DNA from: Podarcis filfolensis
Taxonomy: Eukaryota
DNA length: 64,000 nucleotides
NCBI GenBank assembly: GCA_964270895.1
Contig: OZ185443.1
Direction: 5' to 3' (one strand)
In this document: in pieces, positions 1-13,618 of the stretch
How positions within the stretch are numbered: the stretch's first letter is position 1
Layout of the letters: every line of letters starts with the position of its first letter
Position numbers and translations under genes: made by a program
The notes under the pieces: model-generated
Databases searched by the model: none
What the model saw: only the letters and a program-made list of their open reading frames with translations
What the model was told of the DNA's origin: nothing

Positions 1-3000
1 AGGGAAGCCCCACTCCGCGTAATTGATCACAAGTCATGGAGCGCACACAGATACCATTTGAATGGTAAAGCCCATCAACTTTGCGGGGGGGGGCCCCAAA
101 TGGACCTCAGCCCCTAGGAGTTGGCTCCTATGGTGGCACCATGGAAGGCATCTTGGCCAAGGGAAAGCTATAAACTGGAGATGGGGCTTCCTTCCATATA
201 TTTTAAAGGTGGCAGCTGCAGAAGATGCATTTGTGCACACTTCAGATGCAAAATGCCAACTACCAAAAATTGTATAAAAGCTATCCTTAGGAAAACCAGA
301 ATGTGGAATTTGCTCTTTATTGCAAGGACAGTGTCTATTCAGATATTAAGCTTTTCCTTAGATTTCATTCTGTCCATTTGTAGGAGCATAAATATTGTAA
401 GCTTGCTTGTCTCTGTAGTAAAGTGTGAAGTGAGAAATCTAGCTTCTTCATAAAGCAAAGCTCAGCTGCAGTAAAGGGAGGTTTCAGCAGTATAGTAAAC
501 ATGTCTACTGTATACTGGGCCAGTTTTTAAACAAAGATATCTTTCAGCCAAGAGTTTGGAAATGCATATTTTTGCAGCATGTAATGCCTGCCCATTTAAG
601 AACCCTGGTCACTTTCCAAGAGCTTAGAGCAATTAAGCTCACTGTCGGCCTCTGACATAGAAAACCAAATTTTCAACCTTGAGTAACTAGTTTTTCTAGG
701 TAGATCTACAAGGCGCAGCTTGGACAACTATAGGTGCCCTATAGTGCATTACATCATTGTCATTTTTATTCTCTGTGTTAACTGTTGGTCATTGTACAAT
801 ACTCCAAAGAGCTGGAGTGCTAAGTAAATTGAAAATTAAGATAAAGATATCTACATTCATGTTATACACCCAGTTTCAGATCCTGAGTCATCTTAGTAAG
901 ACTCCAGAATTTTGGCTATGTAAATTTTTATGTTTCATTTCTTTAAAAAATTCCATATCATATATGAGAATGTGTATTATGTCATTTCTTTAGTTTTTGG
1001 CCAACGACTCATTAAAATGTATTCCAAGTATAGTTACAGATACTCAATTATCTGTTTTCTGCATATTGAGCAAGATAGACAAGCAAACTTTGCAGCGTTC
1101 AGTTAGCTGCAATGTACTAAAATAATGGGAACCAAAAATTTATGCAAGTCAATCATTTCGGATTTAGAAGCAGCTTTTGTATGTAGAGGTCTTTGGAAAG
1201 TATATATAGAACACTGAATGTGAAATATTAGGATATGATGTGTGGATAATAGAGGGATACATGACTTCAGATCAAAATAGAACTGTGTTGTCTGACATTT
1301 TATCAAGATCATAGGATTATGCATTACAGGGAAGGAATGGGTGTACAAATTTGTAATCTTTGCAGCTTGCATGCATCACTGTTTAAGGTGGTTTTGCAAC
1401 TGGTTTTTGGTGTGCACTGTTTCATTTTTTTACTGGCACTACTCTGTATTTTTAGAAGTTGTGATCCTTTAGGTTGCCATGAATGACCATGCAAAAAGCG
1501 TCCTTGTGCACCAGAAATGCAGCCCAAGTTTCTCATCCACTTGTTCCCCAAAATGGGCAGTTTTGTAGCCAGCTTGCACTGTATGTTTTCTTAAAGCTGT
1601 GTCTGTAGGTGGCAGACTTGGAGATTTGCTGTTTTTTCTTGTAAATAGGTCTTATTTTGCTTCGTCCATGCTACTTGTACAGACAGATGATGAATTTTCA
1701 GGAATAGAAAAGGTTTACTGTCAGTTGAACATAGTGGACATTAAAAAAATATGAATGCTACTGTTAACATAATTGATGTCATTTCTTGTTGTCTTATGAT
1801 TTTCCCCCACTGACCCATTGAATATTTAAATGCTGTCACCCAATTTAGAAGCAACCCAATTTCTCTTTCCAAAATAAACTTAACTTTTGCCAGGGCTTGG
1901 TATGAGTGTTTGCAAAAGGTGCTTGCTAAACACATACTTGTAGGACTGCAGAACTCAGGTCAGCTAGAACCCCAGATATAAGGGCTCATTCAAACCTTAT
2001 CAAAATAGAAAGGTTAATGCCCTCATCCCACACGGGTCTTCCTGCAGTTTCCCCCATGGAAACTTCCACAGAAAAACCATTAATATTTGAAGTTCGTCAA
2101 AGTTACCAACATGTCCCTTAGACGCATTGACAGTGAAGGAATTCTGGCAAGTGATAAATAACACGCCACCTCTGCAGCCAGTAGCATGGTGCTAAGATGG
2201 AGAGAAGCACAATGTGATGCTAAGCACTATGGAAAGATAAAGAATTGAATGCAGTATCGCCACACATGCACATATACCAATGGCAAACTAGAATCCACTA
2301 TTGTGTCCAGCTTCAACATTGGTTCTAAGCACTGCCTGTTTCCCTACCTTTTAAGCTGATGGATTTAAGATTATTTTCTTCCATATTGTTTTCAGTGGAA
2401 CAAAATAAGCTTACATCCATGCACAGCTTAGTTGTCTGCCTAGCATTTACAAGATTCCCAGGATTTGGTAATAAGAATTTTTAAAATACCCTACACTGTA
2501 TCCAATTATAATGTGTGTTTTTTTATTTAAAAAAAAGAGTAAATGGTGAGTATATTGGCTGTGCCTACAAAGAGAATAAAAGATGCTTGCTGTCAATGGA
2601 TTTGACTACCACTACAAAGGATCTTATCTAGAAAAGAATCGAGCTGCAAGAAGTTTTGTGTAGCTACTGGATTGTGTGTGTTTTACTTTTAACCAACAAT
2701 CCATTATAATTGCTTCACGGTCAACCTTCTGATTATTTGTACGACAAAGAGGCCTTTCATTTATGTGTGAATAACTAAATCCGGTCCATCCGGATTTGTT
2801 TGACTTAAGCAGTGTTGGAATACTGTAGCTAGCTTTTCTGTTTTTTAAGTGGGCTTTTGCCCAGAGAAAATTAGAAGCCTGTTTGCACAAAGCATTGCTT
2901 GATTATGGATTGTTACAAAGGCTAAACAGAATGTAGGGCAAAGAGGAGACTCTCCACTGAGAAGAATAAATGCCTCCGTTAGCTGTGCATTTCCTCATTG

Positions 3001-3203
3001 ATCATCACTCCACGGCATTTATTTCTTCAAGCCTCTCAAACAATACTTGCATCTCTTCCTTTTTTTACATCGTTGCTACAGTCTGATTTTATAATTGTGG
3101 TGTTTATTTCCTTTACATCAAAGGAATATGTCCAGCAATTGAATACATTTCAGTGCAACTGAAACTGCATGCATTGGTGGATAACGCTAACGCTTAATTT
3201 AAT

Positions 3204-4137
3204 TACCGTATTTTTTGCACCATAACACTCACTTTTTTCCTCCTAGAAAGTAAGGGAAAATGTCTGTGCGTGTTATGGAGGGAATGCCTACGGGTGGCGG
3301 GGGGATCTGCTGCAGTCGTGAGCAGAGGATCCATGGTTCCCCTTCCTTCCCTCCTCCGTGGCTCGCTTTCAAACAGCAAAGCGGGAGAAGAACCGCTGAG
3401 TGGGGAGGAGAGAGGGACAGAGAGCCTGCTTCTTTAAAGGAGCAAAGCGGGAGAGGAGAGGAGCCACTTACACAAGTGTAAGTGGCTCCTGTCCGGTTGG
3501 TTCCTTTAAAGCAAGCAGGCTCTCTGTCCCTCTCTCCTCCTCACTCAGCTCGCTAAATAGCAGCAAAGTTTTTCAGCTCGCTAAGCCAGGAATGAGCGGG
3601 GAGGAGGGAGAAAAGCAGAGCCTGCTTGCTTTAAAGGAGCAAAGCGGGAGAGGAGAGGAGCCTTCTCCCCTTATACCCCTCTTCTTCATTATTAGCAGCA
3701 TCCTTCTCCACCCACCCCACGCATGCTCCTTGTCCCTTGAGTGCTTTTCCTTCCCTCCCCACTTAAAACGTGGTTACAAAGCACGGATCCACATGGATCC
3801 TCAGGATTTTTGCACTGGGTCACCCCAAATTCACCATCAGATCACATAGCATGTCCATGGCTACATCTTGCACCAAAAAAATCACGCACCCACTGTTGCC
3901 TGGGGCCGCAGTGGTGCAAAAACGTGGTTACAAAGCATGGATCCACATGGATCCTCAGGATTTTTGCATTGGGCTACTCCAAACTCACTGTCAGATCACA
4001 TGTCTGCGGCCACAGCATGAACCACAAAAATCATACATCCACTGTTTCGTTTAGAATATTTTTTTTCTTGTTTTCTTCCTCTAAAAACTACGTGCGTGTT
4101 ATGGTCGGGTGCGTGTTATAGAGCGAAAAATACGGTA
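3204..4137. mobile_element. Non-autonomous Tc1/mariner-superfamily (Tc2-like) element, long copy
   Basis: TA|CCGTATTTTTTGC ... GCGAAAAATACGG|TA terminal inverted repeats with TA duplication; no transposase ORF. Confidence 0.85.
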
Positions 4138-5049
4138 CTTGCCTTTGTAGTAATGACAAATCTTCATGTAGTGCATTCCCACCATCCCTCCTTTATTTAG
4201 CCCCAATAAAAGGTGGCTTTTCCTCCATGTGCTTAGTCTGTGTGTGGAGAGATGGCAGGACTATTCCTGTTGACCTCTGGAGCACCCCACTGGCCCTTCC
4301 CTCAGCACATGCATGTTCACAGCTGATGCATCCCCAGATGATCAGGGCTCCCAGTAGCACCAGGCTGATAATCACATAAGCACCCATTTTAACTTGATAT
4401 ATGTTGAGGTAGGAGCAGTCACCCAGTCCTGCGCTTCCCCCTACCCCTCTCAATGTAATCACATGAAATAGCACCTACGAAGACCTGTTGTGCTAGATCA
4501 TTCGTATTATATTTAGCCCTTCTTGCTGAAAACAAAGGAAAGGACTAATGCTTCACAAAGACGGTTATCTATAAATATGGGTTGTTATTCCCCACCCCCT
4601 CCAGCTGATACTGAAAGCACTTGAGGAACTTACTGGTTTTCCAGGTGGTATCCTTGGTAAGGCTTGGTTTGGCCATTACTGCTCCCCATTCTCCCAAGAC
4701 AAGAAACCTTTCCTTGGATAAAGCAGGGGTGAGCAGAATTGTTTTCTCAACAACCCATGGAGTAGTTTACTGTTCAGAACCTGAAACATGGATATCTGGA
4801 TCCTTTCCAACCTTGTTTACACTTCTGCCAAAGGGGAAATGTAACTCTACTAGTCCTCCTGGACCTCTTGGCAGTCATCGTTGTCATCAACCGTAGTCTC
4901 CTTCTCGGGTCATCTGGCCAGAGTGAGACCCGAGGATACAGTGCTATGGTAGTGCCAGTCCTTTCCAAAGGGATGAGGACAAAAAACAGCACTGGGGGAC
5001 TTCACTCTATGGCCTTTGGCCTGTGAGGTGCCACAGGAATCCATTCAGT

Positions 5050-5960
5050 CCCACATTGACATGAAGCCCTGGGGAGAAATCAAATGGAGGTTAGAGTTAA
5101 AATGTCATTGGTATGCTGATGACCTCTCATTGTAGGGAGTCTGTAGAAATCCTGAACAGAGGTTTGGAGTCAGTTTGGGGATGAATGAAGGCAAATGAGT
5201 TGAACATAAAGGTCCTGTAAGTCCTGTAAATCTGCTGATCTGGATAGAGCTATATGGCTAATGCTGGATAGGATTGTACTCCCACCCACTCACCCCTACA
5301 CAACCAGGTGCACAGTTTAGAGGTTATCCTGGACTCAGCTCAAGGTTGGCTATGTTATGCTCCCAGTCATTTGAATATTCAAGCAACCCAGCTTCAAATG
5401 CTCGTTCCATCCCTAGTTTTCTAGTCCATTATTTTCCACAGAATTATTTCTTTGGAGCAGTTCTGAAGGTTATCCAATCCAGTGCCTTGAAGTACTGAGA
5501 TATCAATCATATCCAAACATTCCTAATGAAGGAGACATTAAATAGTACTGCAAAAGACAGAGTTATATCATCTATGACCCATTTAGCCAAACACAACCTG
5601 AGAGTTGGTCTTGCTCCCTATATGCTGGTGCGGTCATTGCAGTCACCAGGAGAACCATGTCTTATGGAGTCATGTCCCCAGGGTGGTGACATGGGCCTGG
5701 ACTTTTAGTATGGAACTCCCTTCAGGTGGCTAACAAACAAGTACTTTTGAGATTTTGGTGCCTATTGGAGAGGTTTTTATTCCAGTAGGCATGCAGAGAA
5801 GGAGAATCCCCACCTGGTCATTATCAACTCTGGAGCAGTTTAATGATGATTTAATAGGCTTACATATTGAACTGAGATTTTATTGTTGTTTGTTCCTTGC
5901 TTTTGAGGTTCTTTTCTGCAAATAGTGATTTTAAAAATCACTTTATTATTTTTGTATTAT
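5050..5960 (+). mobile_element. Old L2/CR1-clade LINE remnant with RT motif
   Basis: ATGAAGCCCTGGGG...TATGCTGATGAC (YADD) at 5112-5123; degraded 3' part. Confidence 0.55.
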
Positions 5961-6091
5961 TAATACACCCATCAGCTAAGTATGAGGACCCATCTAGTTA
6001 CCTCCATTGTACATTAATTCAAACTATTGTGTAACCAATTTAATCTTTGTTGTTGTTTTCTTGCTAATTGTTTAAACTTTGTCATTTTTAG

Positions 6092-6158
6092 ACAGTTGAC
6101 AGGCCGAAGGATTGGTATAAGACGATGTTCAAGCAAATACACATGGTTCACAAGCCTG
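6092..6158 (+). CDS. SORBS2: SoHo exon [22 protein letters not shown] (phase 0-1)
   Basis: tttttag|ACAGTT ... CCTG|gtatgt; 67 nt. Confidence 0.96.
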
Positions 6159-7242
6159 GTATGTCCAACTTTCTCTCCTTGCTGTATTTTCATACATCTT
6201 GCTGTTTTGCTGTCAGATAATATATGCCAGTGGTCATTCAATAATAAAATACCAAGGTCCATTGGGCTGAGCAGGGAATTGATCAAATAACAGTTAATTT
6301 ATTGATTAACCGAGCAATCCTGGAGGAGCAAAGGGGAGAGGGTGCTAAATGATGGACGTGGCAGCCAAAATGGAAGCTGAGGGGAGCACTTTTGCTGGGC
6401 TTTTCAGCGCAGTGGATCACTATTTGTATCCACGCCCTCCCCACCATCACCAAATGCACTGGAGAAATTAGCTTCATCTGCTCCAGGTTAGCATAGATGA
6501 AGAACCACAATTCAGTCCCTCACAGGGAAACAAAACATCTTTGGATCCAGCAGATCCACAGTTGATTCTGTTCCATTCTTATAATGCTCCACACTTTGGG
6601 GACATAGGTTTGCTATCACAAGCAAGAACACCAAATGGGGGTAGCTTTCTATCCACCAAGCTTTCTGAGGGTACAGTAGGGAGCTTCCACAATCTCAGTC
6701 TATCCATCTCCACTAGCAAAGGACAGAAACCTAGGCCTTTTCCTAATTACACCCCCTCTGCAAACAGGCAATACCAGGAGGTCAGGATTGCCCTCTTAAT
6801 CTACATATACATTGCAATGGGACCATTTTAAAAAAAAAGCCTTTCTGGCTGTGTGTGAAATGTGATGCTGTCACCTGTTGCATTTGTAAATTCCTGTTTT
6901 AAAAATAATTAACATTAAAACCCCCACTGCCAATTAATCAGGGCCATATTTAAGTTGATTAAATATTTGTTGTACATTAACTAACGAATCAGCTAAATAT
7001 TCCATACCTAACTGGAAGGGCCATAGCTCAGTGATAGAGCATATTGCTGTATTTACATCTCAAGTGACAAAACAGCTGTATGCGATCCAGGATTGGGAGC
7101 ATATGAGATAGACTCCTGAAGTATAAAGGTGGCTACAATTTGCTTGTTTGTTTGTTTTACAGTATTTGGGATGGCAGAGCTGCCTTGCTGTTCTAAACGG
7201 ACCAGTGTTGCACCACTATAACATTTATCTTTCTTTTTGTAG

Positions 7243-7287
7243 ATGATGACACAGACATGTATAATACTGCCTATGCATATAATACTG
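7243..7287 (+). CDS. SORBS2: Exon DDDTDMYNTAYAYNT (phase 1-1)
   Basis: tttttgtag|ATGATGAC ... ACTG|gtagga; 45 nt; resembles mammalian DDDTDMYNTPYTYNA as recalled. Confidence 0.93.
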
Positions 7288-9431
7288 GTAGGAATTATTC
7301 CTTCCCTTCATGAGTCTGTTCTCGTTAATTTTGGCAATTACCTAACCTTGTAGGCCCATCCTTCTTGTGCTTGTGTAACTGCAGTTTTTATTGTTGTGTT
7401 GTGGGATCTCAGTGTATTCTTGTCATTTCGTTATTTTCCTGACACCTGAATGATTGCGTGTGAATTCTTTTTCCAGCCAAATAACCCAAAATGTATTTTC
7501 AATGGTGACCTTCCAGTGCTTTGATTTTGTACTAAGTTGGACAGATTCTGGCTTTGGGAACAGTTTCAAAGCAGAGCTTGATTACTAGCATAACCTCCAT
7601 CAACATGCATTGGGGATGATAAAGGTAGTAGCTGAGTAGAATACTGCATTGTATGCATAAAACATGGGAACAATCCAAAGTCATATATTTTTGTGTGTCA
7701 TTAATTTTAATATGAGAGAGTTAACACTGAAATAAATAAATTCTGCTCAGGGCTAAACTATACATTATGCTAAAGGAGCAGTTGGGCAATTGTTATTTGG
7801 GCAATTGTTATATAAAGAGGGGAGGTTTACCCCCCCCCCCGACACACACAGTCACATTTGGGACAAAAATTGCCTGCTTTCTGGCCATGTGGCTAGGAAA
7901 CATATGAAAAGCCCCTGCACCTGTAATTAATTAAAATAAATCCAGAGCTGTATCTGCATGCTCTTCATTAAGTGTAATGTGTAGTTTAGCTCTCTTTTTG
8001 TTGAATTTTCACTCGATCATCCCCTTTACCATGAGACAAAACATGAATCCAAAACTCAAGCTTCCACACTGTGCATTCCATTAAAACTGTCTGCACGTTG
8101 CTTTTGCAACTGCTGGAAATTAAACTGAAATTGTCAATATAACAATAGAAAGTGCCAGAACAGCGGTCGAAGGCTGCAAATTTCTGTAAAAATGTACATC
8201 AAGCCAAATAATTGTGAAAATATATCAGATGTACTTATTGATTAGAAAAGCCCTTTAAAAATGTGTTATACATATTTGCAAAAATATGCAAAATGGTAAT
8301 GCACCATAGGAAAAAATGCATTTTAAAAAATGCAACTTCCAATTTAAGTTCACATCACAATCTGCATAGATTCAATCTTCACTTGCAAAAAAATTATATC
8401 TATGTGATCTGCTTGGGTGACTGTCCAGAACTAATGCTGATAAATATTATATTACTAACCAGAAAGGCATTGTTACAAAATTAACAAAGGCATGCTTAAA
8501 TTCAAGCATGTGTGTATTTCTTTTTCCGTTTTCTGCTAGCAAGCAACCACCAAGATAACAATGGCAGCCAGCAGTAAATTATCCCAACTGTGGCTATGCC
8601 TCAAGGCATTTCCAGATTTTAGAGAAATGTGAACAGAATCCTTTATCCATGTATCAAGTCCACCTAAGGCATGATAAACCACTTGCTTTGGACTGCAGAA
8701 ATAGGGGTCCTGTCAAGTCATTGATATGGCCCTATACCTAGGTAGTGTGCTGCATTTCACTTGACGGTTTACAAGTTGTGCAAGCCATGCTTACCATGAA
8801 TCAATATGGGACTTCTGGTACCAAAAACACAACTCTTTTGAACCTGGCTCCAGTTGATAGAGCTCAGGGTTCTAGTAAAAATCAGAGTAGATCCCTCAAG
8901 CCTGAAGTCTGCCCACTCCAGTCAAGACCAGTTATTGTAAGTTCCATTGAATTTAGTGGGATCTACTTCCAATAAATGTGTTTAGGGACTGAAATGTGTG
9001 TCGTTACATACCCTTCCTCTCAAAGATAGGTCCACAAGTATCCTCTGTGTTGGGTATATGATGTGGAATCCAAGGTGGTGGCGTACAAGTGGATGACTCT
9101 TTTGTTCTCATCCTGGGAGCCCTGGTCTTTGGAAATCTGCCCTTCTTGCTGCAGCCTTCCACACCACATGCTAGTCTGTTCTAGAGGATGCCCTAGTCTC
9201 TAGGCGCCGATGTTTAGGGGCACAGGCTGCTGCAGAGGAAAAGAAGAAGCAGGAAAATTCCATTCTGTAAACTCTATGCCATTCATGGAACTGAGGATAT
9301 AAGCCAAGAAGAACTACCATTAAATTCACATTAATTTTTAAAAACCAATAATTGAATGTGGCATATATGTATTATATCAAGTGATGTTAATAGTTATATT
9401 ATGGCTTTTTTCTGTTTTGTCATTTTATTAG

Positions 9432-9609
9432 GTAACTTCAGCCCATCCTTTTCTGCTCAAGCACACCCTGCTGCAAGAACACAGACATACAGACCACTGA
9501 CGAAAAGTACTTCTGACAATGGCACGGAGGCCTTTAAGGTCTCGTCCCCTGTACCTCCACCACCCCCAGCACCACCAATTCGCCCACGGCAACGATCTGC
9601 ACCAGAGAA
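9432..9609 (+). CDS. SORBS2: Pro-rich exon [23 protein letters not shown]...[19 protein letters not shown] (phase 1-2)
   Basis: ttattag|GTAAC ... GAGAA|gtaagc; 178 nt; contains PxxPxR (PAPPIR). Confidence 0.95.
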
Positions 9610-9719
9610 GTAAGCCTTGCAGCCGTTTTGTAGCAGTCAATCTAGAAGCTGCAAATTCCATGAGGCATAATGTGAGAGGCATTATTTCAGGCTCTTTTAA
9701 TGTGTAAAGCACATAAGAA

Positions 9720-10400
9720 GTATTTTTATACTCGCTGCAAGTGCTTTTACATAGAGTGTGCCTTGCTTCACCATAAATAACTTAACAATCTAAACTGCTC
9801 CACTCACACCACAAAGAGCTCATAACCCACCTACTCTCAGTAGCCAGAAACATCATAGCCAGACACTGGTGAGACCTGTCAGGAGTAAGCATGGACCAAG
9901 GGTATCAAATAGTATGGGAAGCAGCCTTATTGGAAAAACTAACCAATAAACTTAAACTCGCACAAGGACAAATAGAAGACGACGCCTTCACCTCGGTATG
10001 GCTCCTTTATCACATACACAGCCCAACAAGACAACAACAAGAATCCCCCGACAGCATACACATCAATCTGGCTAGCATGATTCAAAAATACACACTCACA
10101 CCTGGCTCACACATAAAAACAATTCTCACTACAGCCAACCAAAGACAACCAACTACACCCTACGCCACACCCAACCTCTCTTACCACCAAGGAAATACAA
10201 GTGAATAGTAAGAGAACCCATACAAGTAATGCGACACAACCCCTCACACACACTAAGTAGAATAATGGAAGCATAACCACCCCACCCCACTAGTCACTCC
10301 CCTCTCCCTTTCTTCTTCTTCCTAATTGTTTAAACCAATTCATAAACCAAGAGTTTATACAATGACCACTAATAATGAAACATATGTTGTAGATATTTTT
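9720..10400 (+). mobile_element. 5'-truncated L1/Tx1-type LINE 3' end
   Basis: ORF2 C-terminus-like WEAALLEKLTNKLKL...FTSVWL, A/C-rich 3'UTR; similar to 55700-56030 and 60790-61300. Confidence 0.55.
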
Positions 10401-10744
10401 CCACATTTATTACGCTATTTTTGTGATACACAAACAACATGAGGAAACTTGATATACTTGTTTGTATAACATTTTTCATGTTTATAAAAGCCAGTTTAAA
10501 AAAAATATCTAAACTGCTGCATTGCCTCTTGACTTTCAAATACCATAATGTCACTAATTATGCTATTGCGAAGCATGGTTTTCCTTTCTATGAAATCTCT
10601 GCTTTTAGTGTCAGTTTTATTGTGATTTTACAAATGGCACATTGAGAAAGTAGGCTTGCAGTACCCACAAGACATTTTTTATATATGAATAGAGCTTGGT
10701 GGGAAAGATGATTTAATTCAGTTGTCAAATTTATTTTATCTTAG

Positions 10745-10859
10745 AAATGAGTGGGACCCTCCTGATAGAAAAGTAGACACACGCAAATTCCGTTCAGAAC
10801 CAAGGAGTATTTTTGAATACGAGCCAGGGAAGTCTTCTATCCTCGAACACGAGAGACCG
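10745..10859 (+). CDS. SORBS2: Exon [38 protein letters not shown] (phase 2-0)
   Basis: atcttag|AAATGAG ... AGACCG|gtaagt; 115 nt. Confidence 0.97.
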
Positions 10860-12798
10860 GTAAGTGAAGTCGGTTTGTATTTAAACACGACAAATAGTTT
10901 GATGAGTTCATTTCTAGTCATAAAAGCTGACATAGTTTTAACAGATATCATTAAATGCTTTGAAAAGAAATGAAAAGCACTGAACTCTTTTTAAAGAGAT
11001 TTGTTGTGGTGGTTGAAGAGTTCACATTTTGTGGCTGAAATGTCACAATTTTGGTTTGCTTGCCACATTTGACTACTTTGGATTTTTTTAAATGTTGGAC
11101 TCAATCTGAAAAATGTTCTTGTTTAACTTGTCACATAGGTAAGCAGTCTTATAAGCCCCTAGTTGCAGAATGAATGTGGGGAGTTTGTCACCTTTGTAGC
11201 AATTTTACCAGCACATGTATAACATGAAAGTTGTTACACATGGGGGGCCGGGGGCGGGGATCCTTGTTCCTAGGCACTCCAGAAAAATTAAATCCACAAA
11301 TGTTTTTTCATTATTTATGCTTAATGAGGTCTTCACAAATGATGGCTCAATGCACACTAACTTGTGGCTAAATGTCTCTCTTGCATTTTTTAAGCTAGGG
11401 TTCATATAAAATTATTTAAAAGCATGCTTAATAAGGCTGATACTTGCAAAATTACCACTAATGTTCCCAGTAACTCTATGGCATACTCTGCTCATTGACT
11501 TTTATTGCATATGTGTAGTCTTGGGGGAAGTGTGCTTTGCTCAAATGTACTAAAACACAATACTGTCCTTGCAAAAGTAACATCTTTTATACCTTTAATG
11601 GACACAGAGGCAATATCTTTCTTCATTACCCAGAAGGTGGTCTAGCTGAGCTGGCTTTAACCAGACCAGTACAATTTATGTTGCCTAACTTGGATGCAGC
11701 AATTGTCTTTAAATACTCAGCATTTTTAGGGTTGATCTGTAGCATTCTAATATATCATTTTAGAAGTTGTAAATGATTTTATATTTCCACTGTTCAGGAA
11801 TTAAAATACTGATTGATGTAGGTACCCAAATGCTGAGTTTTACTTATGACATGTTACTTTGTGGCCAGTGCTTTTGAAGCCGAATTTTACCATAGCAGTT
11901 ATATAGCATATAAACTACACTGAATGGGTGTGTCTTAATATTTCCCTGTCTTATCGGTTAAACCAGTTAGGGGGTAGTTTCCAGTTTTTATTTCTCAAGT
12001 GTGATTAATAATGAAGGTTTCAGTGGGAATGTAGATTATTTGTCACAAATGCAATAACTTGTATCAGCATATAATGCATGATGAAATTTTATATACATGC
12101 GGGATAAGTGTAACTTGATATTTGGGAAGAATTAAAGTTAACATTGGCCAATTCCGACCAGCCAACATTTACAATAATAGTGTGCCATTCATTTTTTTTA
12201 AAAGAAGTGATGAATTAACTGTAATCATCACATCTATGGAAACTTCTGAAGGCCAAGCATAAAAACCTGACCCTATATTGATTTAAGAAAATGTCTGTGC
12301 TTTGCCTCCCATCAAGGACAGGCACACTGTGCAATCTGAAGGAAGTTGGGGTGAAATTATATGTTATGAGAAATACAAGATCACTGCTGAAAATTACCAT
12401 ACTTCTGCTCTCTACAGTAACATGGAGAAATCAGTCAATTTCCAGTCTGTGTCAGTATTACATGTGCGCATTCATAAGTTCCATTTCTGCATCAATCCCT
12501 GCACCCCAAACAGCCCATTTGAGGAGTTTCTGCTGGTAATGGCAGAGCTCCCCCACTGGCAGAGCTGAGTGGAGGGAGCCTTCTGCCCTATCCAAATCCT
12601 CTCTAGGACAGCAGATTAGGGGTTTGGATTCCTCTTCTCTGCACCACATCAGAAACATTTATAATTAAAACAATCTCAAATAACTATCCTTGTCTGGTAT
12701 TCAACTTCTGCAATAGAAATATCATGGAGCAAAAAACCCACCCAATACAAATAACTCTGCATGATATTGAAATGTTTCACAAATGCACCCTTGTTTAG

Positions 12799-13052
12799 TA
12801 CAGTGGAACCTCGGCTCCTGAACGCCTTGGGAGCTGAACTTTCTGGCTCTGGAACGAACAAAAACCAGAAGTAATTGTTCAGTTTTTGAACGTTCTTTGG
12901 AAGCCAAATGCCCGGCGCGGCTTCTGCAGCTTCTAATTGACTGAAGGAAGCTGCTGCAGCCAATCAGAAGCCGTGCCTTGGTCCCCAAACTGTTTTGGGA
13001 ATCGAACAGACTCCCAGAACAGATTAAGTTTGGGAACCAAGGTTTCACTGTA
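12799..13052. mobile_element. Tigger/pogo-like MITE
   Basis: TA|CAGTGGAACCTCGG ... CCAAGGTTTCACTG|TA. Confidence 0.8.
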
Positions 13053-13618
13053 ATGCCTAGCAAATCCTAAATTAATTCACTTTATTTTTTACCAGATTTC
13101 CCCCTTGGAATAAAGCTTTAGTTATGTGAGATTCATCATTGATGTAATCTAAATATAACCATCTCCCCAAACCCTGCTTGCGCTTGTAGCTGGCACTGAT
13201 TGCCGAGGACTCCATTTCACGTTGTGACAAATTGAGTAAGTTTGTTTCTAAATGTTCAAAGGGAGCTGCAAAACGCTAAATGTTTCAAAGAACTTTGGAG
13301 GTCTGGATCTTAAACGGTAGCTGTGGTGTTCTGACAATCGCTTCCTTTTGAACAGACTCTAAATCAATTAACACAGAGCCAAGTTGTTAATGTAACATTA
13401 ATTTTGAAGTCTTCACTGTACAACTGATGTTAATTGTAAAACAGTTCATTTGCATAAAGTAATAGGCAATGCCTTTTTGTGTCAGAGCTGCAAAATTTGT
13501 GGACAAAAGAAATGCAATCTACAGAGTTCACTATAATTGGGACTTTGCCTTTTTATAGCATGTTCATGAAGTGGGAAATTAATTCCCATTACCTGGGGCT
13601 GTAACGCGAATTGAAATC

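Noticed and set aside
3400-4121. Overlapping 94-149 aa ORFs
   Set aside because: Inside the MITE; they reflect its internal repeats and carry no transposase motifs
1-6091. Upstream SORBS2 exons (KAPHYPGIGPVDESG or an MKATTPLQ first exon, as recalled)
   Set aside because: Not found by eye; presumably upstream of the window
7018-7050. tRNA-like GGGCCATAGCTCAGTGATAGAGCAT
   Set aside because: A-box-only SINE head; no complete tRNA. The same applies to the heads at 24692, 31497 and 56978
7782-7811. 15-bp perfect tandem duplication TTGGGCAATTGTTAT
   Set aside because: Ordinary slippage duplication with no functional context
9891-10208. 105-aa ORF
   Set aside because: Looks like a decayed L1 ORF2 C-terminus, not a host exon
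13190-13235. 46-nt segment with a good acceptor and strong gtaagt donor
   Set aside because: Not a multiple of three and no homology; could be a non-coding or poison exon but I cannot support it
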